Below are positions 1 to 8,882 of a stretch of DNA of 64,000 bases, one piece after another. Position 1 is the stretch's first letter. Each line of letters opens with the position of its first letter. Source of the DNA: an uncultured Actinomycetota bacterium (GTDB lineage: Bacteria; Actinomycetota; UBA4738). The notes below the pieces were generated by a model. It worked only from the letters and a program-made list of their open reading frames with translations, was not told the origin of the DNA and ran no database searches. The translations under genes and the position numbers were made by a program. The stretch is taken from positions 2,626,923 to 2,690,922 of the forward strand of contig CAWAGG010000006.1 in NCBI GenBank assembly GCA_963781595.1, in the 5' to 3' direction.

Positions 1-386
1 TGGGTCGTGTGCGGCGGCGTCGTGTGAGGCGGGGTCGTGTGAGGGGGCGTCGTGTGCGGAGGGTTCGTGGTCTGTGACGGCGAGGGCGACGGCTTCGGCG
101 ACGGCGACTTCGACGGCTTCGGCGACGGCGACGTGCTCGGCGTCGGCGACGTGCTCGGCGACGGCGAGAGCGACGGCGACGGGGAGAACGATGGCGACGG
201 GACCGTCACGAACGTGATGGGCTTGGTCGTCCCGGGCGGCGAACGGTACGCGAGGACCTGCACGGCGATGGCCCCGACGAGCAGGACCAAGCCGACCGCC
301 TTCAGCGAGGCCGTGTCGCGCCGGAGTCCGAACCAGACCACGAGCGCGCCGGCGACGCCGATCAAGAGCCCGACGACGCTCCCCAT
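1..386 (-). CDS. Partial CDS (N-terminus in the window, runs off the left edge): two-TM membrane anchor followed by a Pro/Ser/Thr-rich low-complexity linker
   Basis: ATG at 386 (minus). It translates MGSVVGLLIGVAGALVVWFGLRRDTASLKAVGLVLLVGAIAVQVLAYRSPPGTTKPITFVTVPSPSFSPSPS...PPHTTPPHTTPPHTT. Codon position 3 is G/C-rich and there is no stop before the window edge. It is absent from the ORF track because it is truncated. Confidence 0.5.
   Translation of the reverse strand, partial: MGSVVGLLIGVAGALVVWFGLRRDTASLKAVGLVLLVGAIAVQVLAYRSPPGTTKPITFVTVPSPSFSPSPSLSPSPSTSPTPSTSPSPKPSKSPSPKPSPSPSQTTNPPHTTPPHTTPPHTTPPHTT
4..63. repeat. 15-bp tandem repeat, 4 copies (gtcgtgtgNggNggN), encoding PPHTT pentapeptides on the minus strand; may continue beyond the window
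   Basis: Read directly: gtcgtgtgcggcggc / gtcgtgtgaggcggg / gtcgtgtgagggggc / gtcgtgtgcggaggg. Confidence 0.8.
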
Positions 387-471
387 ATCGGGGCAGAGTG
401 TACCCCCGGCGCCAACCGCGAGCGGAGCACCGAGGCTGGTCCGGGAGCCCGAGCCTGTCCCTCACGTGGGG

Positions 472-500
472 CGTTCGACCTCATCGGCCCAGGTCGAACG
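472..500. promoter_or_regulatory. Perfect 10-bp inverted repeat (cgttcgacct N9 aggtcgaacg) about 80-105 nt upstream of pckA
   Basis: Read directly. It lies in the divergent intergenic region between the minus-strand membrane gene (start 386) and pckA (start 577). The operator or RNA-hairpin role is inference only. Confidence 0.3.
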
Positions 501-576
501 GGGCGCGGAGGCTCGGGCGGGTCGTCTAGAATCTCCGTCCGCCGGCCCCCGATCCGCCGCAGAGGAGCCAAGGTCG

Positions 577-2109
577 ATGCGTGCCAAGACGATCCACGAC
601 AACCCGTCCGCGGAGGAGCTCCGCGCGTTCACCGAACGCATGCCCACCGCCCGGATCACCGAGTTCGGCAACGTGAACGTCCAGACGAAGGTCACGTCCC
701 GCAGCGCGGGTTCGACGTTCATCGCCACCGACGACCCGTCGATCACCGACGGCAAGACGGTCTCGCGCGAGGAGTACGCGCGCCTCGCGAAGCTCCAGGA
801 CGACTACATCGCGGAGCGCGAGATGGCCGTCGTGGACGGCTACATCGGCAACGTCCCCGACTTCCGCACCCGTGCACGTCTGTCGATCGAGGTGGCGAAC
901 GCGAACATCGCGGGCATGCAGCAGAAGCTCTACTACGACAGTGGGGCGAACGGTGGCGGCGGGGCGGGCGGGGATCCGGAAGTTCAGGTCGTCTACACGC
1001 CGAACCTCCTTGTCCCGGGCTATCCGGACGACCGTTGCATCGCCGTGGACCTCGACGCCGGGGTGACGCGCGTGATGGGGTCCGACTACTTCGGCGAGTC
1101 GAAGAAGGGCGGCCTTCGGATGTGGAACACGATCGTCTACGGCCGCGGCGGCCTGGCCCTGCATGCCGGGCTGAAGGTGATCCCGGCGAACGGCGACGAG
1201 AAGGTGTTCCTGATCATCGGGCTCTCGGGCACGGGCAAGACCACGACGACGTTCACCACGCAGAACGACTCGTTGCCCGTCCAGGACGACTTCGTCGCGC
1301 TGATGCCCGGCGGCCTCGTCTACGCCAGCGAGGACGGCTGCTTCGCGAAGACGTTCTCCCTCGACCCGGACTTCGAGCCGAACATCTACAACGCTGTCTG
1401 CAAGCCCGGTTCGTACCTCGAGAACGTCTACCAGGACGAGCAGGGGAAGGTGAACTTCTTCGAGGAGTCCTACACGAAGAACGGCCGGGCCGTGTTCTCC
1501 CTGCACGACCTCGCCCGGTTCGCCGACGCCCGCAACGTGGGACGCGTCGACTACCTGCTGATCCTGAACTGGAACGAGAACATCATCCCGGGGGTCGCGC
1601 ATCTGACGCCCGCCCAGGCCGCCGCGTACTTCATGCTCGGGGAGACCACCGGCACCTCCGCCGGCGGCGCCGCCGAGGAAGGCAAGTTCCTCAGGGTGCC
1701 AGGCACGAACCCGTTCTTCCCGCTGCGGCACGGGCTCCAGGGCAACCGGTTCCTCGAGCTGCTGGACACCCACCCGATCGAGGTCTACCTCATGAACACC
1801 GGGCGCGTCGGCGGCAAGGCGGACGACGACCGCTCGAAGAAGGTCAAGATCCCGCACTCGTCGGCCATCGTGAAGGCGATCGCCGAGCAGACGATCAAGT
1901 GGGACGCCGACGACGACTTCGGCTACGAGGTCGCTTCCGAGGTGCCCGGCATCGACGACCCCGAGCTGTTGCGGCCGCGCAGGCTCTACGAGCGCCAGGG
2001 CCGGTTGGCCGAGTACGACGGGTTCGTCGAGCGCTTCAAGGCCGAACGCGCCGAGACGCTGGCGAAGTACGCCGACCTCACGGACGAGATCCGCGCAGCC
2101 GTCGCCTGA
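577..2109 (+). CDS. pckA: Phosphoenolpyruvate carboxykinase (ATP)
   Basis: MRAKTIHDNPSAEELRAF..., kinase-1a motif GLSGTGKTTTTF, ATP-PEPCK-like throughout. ATG at 577 is preceded by AGAGGAGCCAAGG. The upstream Gly/Asp-rich part of ORF 52..2109 is antisense to the minus-strand gene. Confidence 0.95.
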   Translation: MRAKTIHDNPSAEELRAFTERMPTARITEFGNVNVQTKVTSRSAGSTFIATDDPSITDGKTVSREEYARLAKLQDDYIAEREMAVVDGYIGNVPDFRTRARLSIEVANANIAGMQQKLYYDSGANGGGGAGGDPEVQVVYTPNLLVPGYPDDRCIAVDLDAGVTRVMGSDYFGESKKGGLRMWNTIVYGRGGLALHAGLKVIPANGDEKVFLIIGLSGTGKTTTTFTTQNDSLPVQDDFVALMPGGLVYASEDGCFAKTFSLDPDFEPNIYNAVCKPGSYLENVYQDEQGKVNFFEESYTKNGRAVFSLHDLARFADARNVGRVDYLLILNWNENIIPGVAHLTPAQAAAYFMLGETTGTSAGGAAEEGKFLRVPGTNPFFPLRHGLQGNRFLELLDTHPIEVYLMNTGRVGGKADDDRSKKVKIPHSSAIVKAIAEQTIKWDADDDFGYEVASEVPGIDDPELLRPRRLYERQGRLAEYDGFVERFKAERAETLAKYADLTDEIRAAVA

Positions 2110-2144
2110 CCCGGGACCGGGGCACTCGAAGGGCGAGCAGAGGG

Positions 2145-2375
2145 TCAGGCCGGGCTTCCGGCCTCGACCCAGCGCTTGAACAGCGCCACGTGCTCCTCGG
2201 GCCACGCGCCGTCGCACGGCATGTCGCCGTCTTCCAGGCGCTCCAGGATGGCGTCGGCGTTCTCCTTGACGTCGTCGTAGCTCCACAGGTCGAACGCGAA
2301 CTCCATCCGCTCCCGGTCCTTGTCGCGGAACAGCGGCTTGATGTCGTTCGCGTAGCTGACGGCTCCGTCGCTCAT
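2145..2375 (-). CDS. Small conserved hypothetical protein (76 aa)
   Basis: MSDGAVSYANDIKPLFRDKDRERMEFAFDLWSYDDVKENADAILERLEDGDMPCDGAWPEE... Its start overlaps the stop of the upstream cNMP-binding gene (ATGA at 2372-2375). GC3 is high. Confidence 0.7.
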   Translation of the reverse strand: MSDGAVSYANDIKPLFRDKDRERMEFAFDLWSYDDVKENADAILERLEDGDMPCDGAWPEEHVALFKRWVEAGSPA

Positions 2376-2812
2376 CCCTCGTCCTCTCCTCGCTCGAGCT
2401 CCTCCTGCAGGTTCCGCAGGCGCGCGGCCACGACCTCAAGGATGTGGACCGCCACGCTCGGGTTCGCCATCAGGAACGGGCGGAAGTACATCGTGCTCAC
2501 GACGAGGGCCTCGACGGGCTCGGTCGCGACCACCGTCGCCGTCCGAGGCCGTCCGGCGAGCAGCGCCATCTCCCCGACGAAGTCCCCGGCCCTGACCGTG
2601 TGGCTGCGTCCGCCCGCCTCTACGGTCGCCGTGCCCGACAGCAGCACGAAGAGTCCCGGGTCGTCACCGCCCTTCGTCACGATCGCGTCGCCGGCCGCGA
2701 ACGTCTTGCGGTGCCCGACCTTGGCGATGCGCTGGAGGTCTTCGGACGTGAGGTCCTCGAAGAACGGGATCCTCCGGAGGGCTTCGACCTCCGCCGGCAG
2801 CTCGTCGATCAT
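2372..2812 (-). CDS. Cyclic nucleotide-binding domain protein (stand-alone cNMP-binding module)
   Basis: IPFFEDLTSEDLQRIA...GDAIVTKGGDDPGLFVLLSGTATV...GDFVGEMALLAGRPRTATVVA. Start trimmed to the ATG at 2812, which has a GAGGAG RBS. Confidence 0.85.
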   Translation of the reverse strand: MIDELPAEVEALRRIPFFEDLTSEDLQRIAKVGHRKTFAAGDAIVTKGGDDPGLFVLLSGTATVEAGGRSHTVRAGDFVGEMALLAGRPRTATVVATEPVEALVVSTMYFRPFLMANPSVAVHILEVVAARLRNLQEELERGEDEG

Positions 2813-2953
2813 CGTTTCGCTCCTCACGGCCGTGCCCGTCGGGGCGTTCCGGGTCCGTGCCATCGTGGAACATCCGACGGGGCGATGTCCACCGGAAGTC
2901 TCCGCGGTCGGCCGGTAGGATACGGACCCATGTGCCCGGGGGGGAGCTGATCG

Positions 2954-3820
2954 ATGCAGGACTGGTGGGTCTTCCTGCACGTCGCCAGCGTCCTATGGTT
3001 CCTGGGCGCCCACGGCGCGTCGATGACGATGCTCTTCCGCCTGCGGACCGAGCGCGACCCGGCCAAGATCGACGCGTACCTGCAGCTCTCCGCGACGTCG
3101 TCCCGCGCGATGTACGGGTCGATGATCGCCGTGATCGTCACCGGCATCCTCGCCGGCATCACCGGCCACTGGTGGGGCTACGGTTGGATCTGGGCCGCGC
3201 TCGGTCTGCTGATCCTCACCACGCTCGCGATGCAGTTCATGGCGAAGCCCTACTACCGACGGGTCGGCACGATCGCCCGGGCGATGGCGGGCGGCTCGCA
3301 GGCGGTCACGCCTGAGCAGTTCGACGAGGTGCTCCGCGAACCGCGGCCGTGGAGCATCGTCGGGATCGGGGTCGTCGGCCTCGGACTGATCCTGTACCTG
3401 ATGATCTTCAAGCCCACGCTCGGGCTGCAGCCGATGGCGACGCCCGTCACGGCGCCGACGGGCTCGGGGCAGTGCCAGCCGAACGGCACGACGGTTCGCG
3501 TCAGCGCGCACGACTTCGGCTTCGATCCGACGTGCCTCGCGGCGCCGGCCGACACGCCGTTCCAGATCGCGTTCGACGACACACAGGGGACGCACAACGT
3601 CGCGATCTACACGGACAACACGGCGAAGCAGTCGCTGTTCGTCGGCGACATCGTCACGGGTCCGCGCGCGGCGACGTATCAGGTCTCCGCGCTGCCGGCA
3701 GGGACGTACTTCTTCCGCTGCGACGTCCATCCGACGCAGATGACGGGCGTGTTCGTCGTCGCCGGCGCGAGCGGTCCGTCGTCATCGCCGGGGCCACCGA
3801 CGTCCTCGTCGTCGCCGTAG
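2954..3820 (+). CDS. Membrane protein with a 4-TM N-terminal domain (DUF2269-like) and a C-terminal cupredoxin (type-1 copper) domain
   Basis: TM helices lie in residues 1-160. The C-terminus has HNVAIY ... YFFRCDVHPTQMTGVFVV, an amicyanin/plastocyanin-like H...C-x2-H-x3-M ligand pattern. RBS GGGGGGAG. Confidence 0.8.
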   Translation: MQDWWVFLHVASVLWFLGAHGASMTMLFRLRTERDPAKIDAYLQLSATSSRAMYGSMIAVIVTGILAGITGHWWGYGWIWAALGLLILTTLAMQFMAKPYYRRVGTIARAMAGGSQAVTPEQFDEVLREPRPWSIVGIGVVGLGLILYLMIFKPTLGLQPMATPVTAPTGSGQCQPNGTTVRVSAHDFGFDPTCLAAPADTPFQIAFDDTQGTHNVAIYTDNTAKQSLFVGDIVTGPRAATYQVSALPAGTYFFRCDVHPTQMTGVFVVAGASGPSSSPGPPTSSSSP

Positions 3821-3836
3821 CACGGGGGAGTCATCG

Positions 3837-4856
3837 ATGGGATATCGAACGATCGTCGCCGCGACCGACGGGGGGCCGACCGCGCGGACGGCGGTCGACG
3901 CCGCGGCGAAGCTGGCGAAGCGATGCCGCGCGGACCTGGTGATCGCGACGGCGTACGAGCCGCCGGGCGTCTCCGCCGCCCAGGCACGCCGGCTCGTCGA
4001 CCGCGTGCAGGCCGAGCTGGCCGAGGAGGGGGTCGAGGCTCGGACCGCGACCCAGCTGGGTCCGCCCGCCGAGGCGATCGTCGGGATCGCCGCCCGCCTG
4101 TCGGCCGACGTGATCGTCGTGGGCAACGTGGGGATCGGGAAGGCGAAGCGGTTCGGCCTGGGCGGCGTCGCGGACCAGGTCGCTCACAAGGCCGCGTGCG
4201 ACGTACTCGTCGTCGACACCGCGCACGAGCACGACCGCGCCCCGGGCTACAAGCGGATCCTGGTCGGGACCGACGGTTCACCCACCGCCACGGAGGCCGC
4301 CCGCAAGGCGTACGAGCTAGCCGTGATGCTCCGCGCGTCGGTCACGCTCGTCTACGTCGGCGACCCGATCCTGGGGGCGATCGCGCTCGAGCAGACCGAG
4401 GCGAACAAGCTCGGCAAGACGGTCGTCGAGACCGTCATCCGCCAGGGCACGCCGGCCGACGAGATGCTCCGGCTCCTGGGCGAGGACCCGCACGACCTGG
4501 TCCTGGTCGGGAACCGCGGCATGCGCGGACCCCGGCGATTGCTGGGCAGCGTGCCGAACGAGCTCGCGCACCACGCACCCTGCGACGTCCTGATCGGCCG
4601 GACCGTCGGGCGGACGGTGGACGACCTCGTGCCCGGCCACGGCGGCGTCGTGGACGCGAACGGCGCCAAGGTCGCCGCCTACCGCGACGAGCAGGGCGAG
4701 CTCCACGTGCTGTCGCCCCGTTGCACGCACATGGGGTGCACGGTCGACTGGAACGACACGGACAAGACATGGGACTGCCCGTGCCACGGTTCGCGCTACG
4801 CGTGGAGCGGCGAGGTGATCGAGGGCCCGGCCGTCAGGGGCCTCGACCCGATCTGA
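3837..4856 (+). CDS. Tandem universal stress protein (UspA) domains fused to a C-terminal Rieske [2Fe-2S] domain
   Basis: Two Usp modules (IVAATDGGPTA...VVGNVGIGK; ILVGTDGSPTA...VGNRGMRGPRRLLGSVPNELAHHAPCDVLI), then CTHMGCTVDW...CPCHGSRY (CxH...CxxH). Confidence 0.85.
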   Translation: MGYRTIVAATDGGPTARTAVDAAAKLAKRCRADLVIATAYEPPGVSAAQARRLVDRVQAELAEEGVEARTATQLGPPAEAIVGIAARLSADVIVVGNVGIGKAKRFGLGGVADQVAHKAACDVLVVDTAHEHDRAPGYKRILVGTDGSPTATEAARKAYELAVMLRASVTLVYVGDPILGAIALEQTEANKLGKTVVETVIRQGTPADEMLRLLGEDPHDLVLVGNRGMRGPRRLLGSVPNELAHHAPCDVLIGRTVGRTVDDLVPGHGGVVDANGAKVAAYRDEQGELHVLSPRCTHMGCTVDWNDTDKTWDCPCHGSRYAWSGEVIEGPAVRGLDPI

Positions 4857-4863
4857 AGACCGG

Positions 4864-5250
4864 TCAGCCATCCGGCCCGTGCGGGTTCGGCCGGTCCTGT
4901 CCCAGCACCACGGCCGTGGCGAACTGGATCGCGGCGAGCGCCAGCGGCACCATCACGTACCAACGGAAGGCCTGTGGGTCGTCCACCAGCGCGTAGCCCG
5001 CGAAGAGGCCGGCGAACGCGAACCACATCCCGACCCTCGCCGTGACGTGCAACGCGTAGAGCACCGTCTCGCCGGTCGAGGCGGGCCGGAACCCCTTCCG
5101 TTGCCAGTGAACCAGCGAACGCACCCCGACGACCACCAGCGCGGCGGCGACGGCGAGGGCCACGATGTCGACGGTGTCCAGGTGCTTCGCGGTCGCAACC
5201 ACCCCGCGCGGGACGGCCCGGACCGCGCCTCCCAGGAGCCCGGACGTCAC
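4864..5250 (-). CDS. Small integral membrane protein (128 aa)
   Basis: The GTG at 5250 overlaps the upstream stop (GTGA). Hydrophobic helices (IVALAVAAALVVVGV, VGMWFAFAGLFAGYALV, VMVPLALAAIQFATAVVL). The longer Arg-rich N-terminus in the ORF track was rejected. Confidence 0.6.
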   Translation of the reverse strand: MTSGLLGGAVRAVPRGVVATAKHLDTVDIVALAVAAALVVVGVRSLVHWQRKGFRPASTGETVLYALHVTARVGMWFAFAGLFAGYALVDDPQAFRWYVMVPLALAAIQFATAVVLGQDRPNPHGPDG

Positions 5251-6146
5251 GCATCCCCCCCGGCCGCGGCGCGGAGCAGCGCGACGACGCGTTCGTCGCT
5301 CACCTGTCCGAACTCCAGGTACCACTGGCCGACCGCGTAGAAATGGGACGGCGTCACCAGGATCTCGACCCGGTCGCACTCGCGCTCGAGCCGCCCGACC
5401 GCCTCCACCGGGGCGACAGGGGCCGCGAACATCACCTCCCGCGCACCCGCGCGGCGGGCCCAGCGCAGGGCGGCCACAGCGGTGCCGCCGGTCGCCACGC
5501 CGTCGTCCACGACGGCCGCGGTTCGGCCCTCGACCTGCACCGGAGGACGCCCGTCACGGTAGGCCGCCGTCCGTCGCCTGATCTCCTCCTCCTGGCGTTC
5601 GATCTCGCGCGCAAGGTAGTCGGCGGAGACGCCGAGCGTGGCGATCAGGCGATCGTCCAGGACCCGGACGTTCTCGGCGATCGCGCCCAACCCAAGCTCC
5701 GGATTGCCCGGCGCGCCGAGCTTGCGCGGGATCACGACGTCGAGCGGCAACCCGAGGCGAACCGCGATCACGGCCGCGACCTCGACGCCGCCGCGCGGGA
5801 TCGCCAACACGACCGAGTCCTCGGGCAGGACGTCGCCGAGCGCCTGCGCCAGGAACTCGCCCGCCTCGACCCGGTCGCGGAACGACGACGTCGGCGACCA
5901 GGGGAACCGCGGCCCGGGGTTCGCGGGCGGTTGGTCGGGCGGATCCGGCTGCGTTCCGCCCGCCGCCACTGGCGGGACCGTCAGCGCGTCGTCGATCTGG
6001 CGTTCGGCGTCCTCGTCGTCGACCTCTCGGCGACGGTCCGGCTGGACGCGCTCCGGAGGAGGCATCGGCTTGCGGATCCGGCGGTAGGGCTCGAGGCGGT
6101 CGCCCGAGCCGCGGCGCCGGCTTCGGTTCCCTTCGTCGCCAGCCAT
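5247..6146 (-). CDS. Phosphoribosyltransferase-family protein with a roughly 85-aa charged/Pro-rich N-terminal extension
   Basis: VVLAIPRGGVEVAAVIA..., PRPP loop AAVVDDGVATGGTAVAA. There is no in-frame start closer to the conserved FRDRVEAG core. Confidence 0.85.
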   Translation of the reverse strand: MAGDEGNRSRRRGSGDRLEPYRRIRKPMPPPERVQPDRRREVDDEDAERQIDDALTVPPVAAGGTQPDPPDQPPANPGPRFPWSPTSSFRDRVEAGEFLAQALGDVLPEDSVVLAIPRGGVEVAAVIAVRLGLPLDVVIPRKLGAPGNPELGLGAIAENVRVLDDRLIATLGVSADYLAREIERQEEEIRRRTAAYRDGRPPVQVEGRTAAVVDDGVATGGTAVAALRWARRAGAREVMFAAPVAPVEAVGRLERECDRVEILVTPSHFYAVGQWYLEFGQVSDERVVALLRAAAGGDA

Positions 6147-6217
6147 CGCGCCGAGGATATGTCACGCTCGCGCGCGGCGGCTACGATGGCGGCCTCGTCG
6201 GGGAAAGGGGAGGTGAC

Positions 6218-6451
6218 ATGGTCAACGCGTACATCCTCATCCAGACCGAAGTCGGCAAGGCCGCGCAGGTTGCCAAGGAGGTCTCGGAGATCAAGGGCGT
6301 GGCCTCGGCCGAGGACGTCACCGGCCCCTACGACGTGATCGTGCGCGCCGAGGCGCGCAGCGTCGACGAGCTCGGCAGGCTGGTGGTCGCCAGGATCCAG
6401 TCGGTCGAGGGGATCACGCGGACGCTCACCTGCCCGGTCGTGCACCTGTAG
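6218..6451 (+). CDS. Lrp/AsnC ligand-binding-domain protein (stand-alone, 77 aa)
   Basis: MVNAYILIQTEVGKAAQVAKEVSEIKGVASAEDVTGPYDVIVRAEA... RBS AAAGGGGAGG. Confidence 0.85.
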   Translation: MVNAYILIQTEVGKAAQVAKEVSEIKGVASAEDVTGPYDVIVRAEARSVDELGRLVVARIQSVEGITRTLTCPVVHL

Positions 6452-6491
6452 CCGAACGACCGACGATCGCTCCCCCGCCCCGTCCGTCCCG

Positions 6492-7580
6492 CTACCGGCC
6501 CCGGCCGCGCTTGCGGTCGCGTTCGTGCCGCTCGAGCGCCAGGTCGACCAGCCGGTCGATCAGTTCGCGATAGGTGAGGCCCGACGCCTCCCAGAGCTTC
6601 GGGTACATCGAGATCCGCGTGAACCCCGGGATCGTGTTGATCTCGTTCACGATGACCTCGGCCGGCGCTCGGTAGAAGAAGTCGACGCGCGCCATCCCCT
6701 CGCACTCCACGGCGCCGAACGCCGTCACGGCCATCCGCTGGATGTGCGCGGCGACCTCGTCGGGGAGGTCGGCCGGGATCCGAAGAGCCGCCCCCTCCTC
6801 GTCGAGGTACTTCGCCTCGTACGAGTAGAACTCGTGCGCCGGGACGATCTCGCCCGGGACGGACGCGACCGGCTCGTCGTTGCCCAGCACGGAGCATTCG
6901 ATCTCGCGCCCGCCCTCGATCGAGGCCTCGATCAGGATCTTCGTGTCGAACGACAACGCGTGCTCGATCGCGGCGGCCAGTTCGTCAAGTACCTTTACCT
7001 TCGTCACGCCGACGGACGAACCCAGCCGGGCGGGCTTGACGAACAGCGGCGGCCCCAACGCCTCGGCGTGCGCTTCGACCGCCTCCCGGTCCTCCGCCCA
7101 GCCGCGTTCGCGCACGACCTCGTACGGGGCGACCGGCAGCCCTGCGGCCTCGAACAGCACCTTCGACACCGCCTTGTCCATGCCGACCGCCGACGCGAGG
7201 ACGCCGGCGCCGACGTACGGGACGCCCGCCAGCTCGAGCACGCCCTGGATCGTCCCGTCCTCGCCGTACGGGCCGTGGAGCACGGGGAACACGACGTCGA
7301 TCGGCGCACGTTCGCCGGACTCGGAGACCAGCGCCTGCTCGCCCGGCTCGCGGGAGAGCGCCACGACGTCACCCTCCTCCATCCCGACGCTCGGCAGCTC
7401 GGACGAACCCTGCGGCGCCGACGGCAGGCCCGGGAGCCGGTGCCAGCGGCCGTCCCTGTCGATCCCGATCGGGATCACATCGAACCGTTCGGGGTCGAGC
7501 GCTCCCATCACCGACGTCGCCGACGCGACCGAGATCTCGTGCTCGGCCGATCGCCCGCCGAACACCAGGACCAGCCGCAT
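6492..7580 (-). CDS. ddl: D-alanine--D-alanine ligase
   Basis: MRLVLVFGGRSAEHEISVASA..., ATP-grasp EIECSVLGN..., NEINTIPGFT. Start trimmed to the ATG at 7580 (363 codons). Confidence 0.95.
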   Translation of the reverse strand: MRLVLVFGGRSAEHEISVASATSVMGALDPERFDVIPIGIDRDGRWHRLPGLPSAPQGSSELPSVGMEEGDVVALSREPGEQALVSESGERAPIDVVFPVLHGPYGEDGTIQGVLELAGVPYVGAGVLASAVGMDKAVSKVLFEAAGLPVAPYEVVRERGWAEDREAVEAHAEALGPPLFVKPARLGSSVGVTKVKVLDELAAAIEHALSFDTKILIEASIEGGREIECSVLGNDEPVASVPGEIVPAHEFYSYEAKYLDEEGAALRIPADLPDEVAAHIQRMAVTAFGAVECEGMARVDFFYRAPAEVIVNEINTIPGFTRISMYPKLWEASGLTYRELIDRLVDLALERHERDRKRGRGR

Positions 7581-7609
7581 CTTGCGGCCGCGGCCCGGGC
7601 CGTGTTCGA

Positions 7610-8806
7610 TCACGCCTTCTCCAGGGCCTGGTCGAGGTCCGCCATCAGGTCCTCGGCGTCCTCGGCGCCGACCGAGACGCGCATCAGCCCGGGTCCGATG
7701 GACGCGGCCGCCAGCTCGGCGTCGGACATCTGCCGGTGGCTCGTCGATCCCGGATGGCACACCTCGGTGTGCAAGCCGCCGAACGACGACCCGACGCGCG
7801 CGACCTGCAGCGACCCGCACGCTCGCGACGCGGCTTCGTACCCTCCGACGAACCCGAACGCGAGCATCGCGCCGAACCTCGGCCCGTCGAACATCCGCGC
7901 CGCCAACGTGTGATCGGGGTGAGACGGCAGCCCGGCGTAGCCGACGCTCGCGACCTTCGGGTGCCCATCCAGCCACGCGGCGACGCGCTCGGCGTTCGCG
8001 CACTGGCGTTCGAGCCGCAGCGCCAGGGTCTGCACGCCACGCAGCGCGAGCCACGCGTCGAACGTGCCGCTGTTCGTCCCCTGGTCCAGCCGCATGTGCG
8101 CGATACGGTCGATCAGGTCCTTCGACGCGGCGACCGACCCGCCGATCAGGTCCGAGTGCCCGCCGATGTACTTCGACGTCGAGTGCAGGACGGCCGCGAC
8201 GCCCGGCACCTGCAGGGGACGGAAGAGGTACGGCGTGGCGACCGTGTTGTCGACGACGAGCGGGACGCCCGCCCCATCGCAGACGGCCGCGACCCCGGGG
8301 ACATCGGTCACGCGGAACGTCGGGTTCGCGATCGTCTCGACCAGGACCGCCCCGGTGCGATCGGTGAGCGCGTCGCGCACCGCGTCCGGCGTCGGTTCGA
8401 CGAACGTCGTCGTCACGCCGTAGCCGGGCAGGATCGCGTTCAGAAGTTGGAACGTCCCGCCGTAGACGGTCCGCTGGGCGACGACGTGGCCGCCGCTCTC
8501 GACGAGCGCGGTCAGCGTCGAGTGCAGCGCGCCCATGCCGCTGGCGAACGACAGCGCAGCTTCGGCCCCCTCGAGCGACGCGAGCACGGCGTGCAGCGCG
8601 ACGTGGGTCGGGTTCGACGTGCGACCATAGACGAAGCCCGGGCGTCGCTCGTTGATCACGTCCGCGTAGTGCTCGAGCGAGTCGTACAGGTAGTCGGCCG
8701 TCAGCCAGATCGGCTGCCCCACCGGCTCCTCGGCGATCGCCTGGGGGACCGTGCCATCGTGGATCGCTCTGGTCGAGAACCCCCTCGGGTCCGGGCGGTC
8801 GGTCAT
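7610..8806 (-). CDS. Cys/Met-metabolism PLP-dependent enzyme (cystathionine gamma-synthase/lyase or O-acylhomoserine sulfhydrylase family)
   Basis: FSTRAIHDG..., SNPT, PLP-lysine motif STSKYIGGHSDLIGG. Start trimmed to the ATG at 8806. Confidence 0.9.
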   Translation of the reverse strand: MTDRPDPRGFSTRAIHDGTVPQAIAEEPVGQPIWLTADYLYDSLEHYADVINERRPGFVYGRTSNPTHVALHAVLASLEGAEAALSFASGMGALHSTLTALVESGGHVVAQRTVYGGTFQLLNAILPGYGVTTTFVEPTPDAVRDALTDRTGAVLVETIANPTFRVTDVPGVAAVCDGAGVPLVVDNTVATPYLFRPLQVPGVAAVLHSTSKYIGGHSDLIGGSVAASKDLIDRIAHMRLDQGTNSGTFDAWLALRGVQTLALRLERQCANAERVAAWLDGHPKVASVGYAGLPSHPDHTLAARMFDGPRFGAMLAFGFVGGYEAASRACGSLQVARVGSSFGGLHTEVCHPGSTSHRQMSDAELAAASIGPGLMRVSVGAEDAEDLMADLDQALEKA

Positions 8807-8882
8807 CGCGGCCAAGCCTACCGCTACGATGGCCGCCTCCCGGGGCGATCCGACCTCCGACCCGGCGCGAAGGAGCGGATGG

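Noticed and set aside
52-576. N-terminal 175 codons of ORF 52..2109 (MCGGFVVCDGEGDGFGDGDFDG...), read as an extension of PckA
   Set aside because: PckA homology starts at the ATG at 577, which has a good RBS. The upstream part is low-complexity and is the antisense image of a better minus-strand ORF (ATG 386).
526-2439. Long antisense or shadow ORFs throughout the window (for example 526..2439 -, 1035..2918 +, 9651..10571 +, 27390..28748 +, 35732..38698 -, 43307..45232 -, 47417..48967 -, 58276..59748 +, 58507..60633 -, 60300..62027 -)
   Set aside because: Their translations are Arg/Pro/Gly/Ala-rich with no recognisable motifs. They overlap genes with clear family signatures on the other strand or in another frame. 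This is the expected stop-codon-poor artefact of roughly 70% GC DNA.
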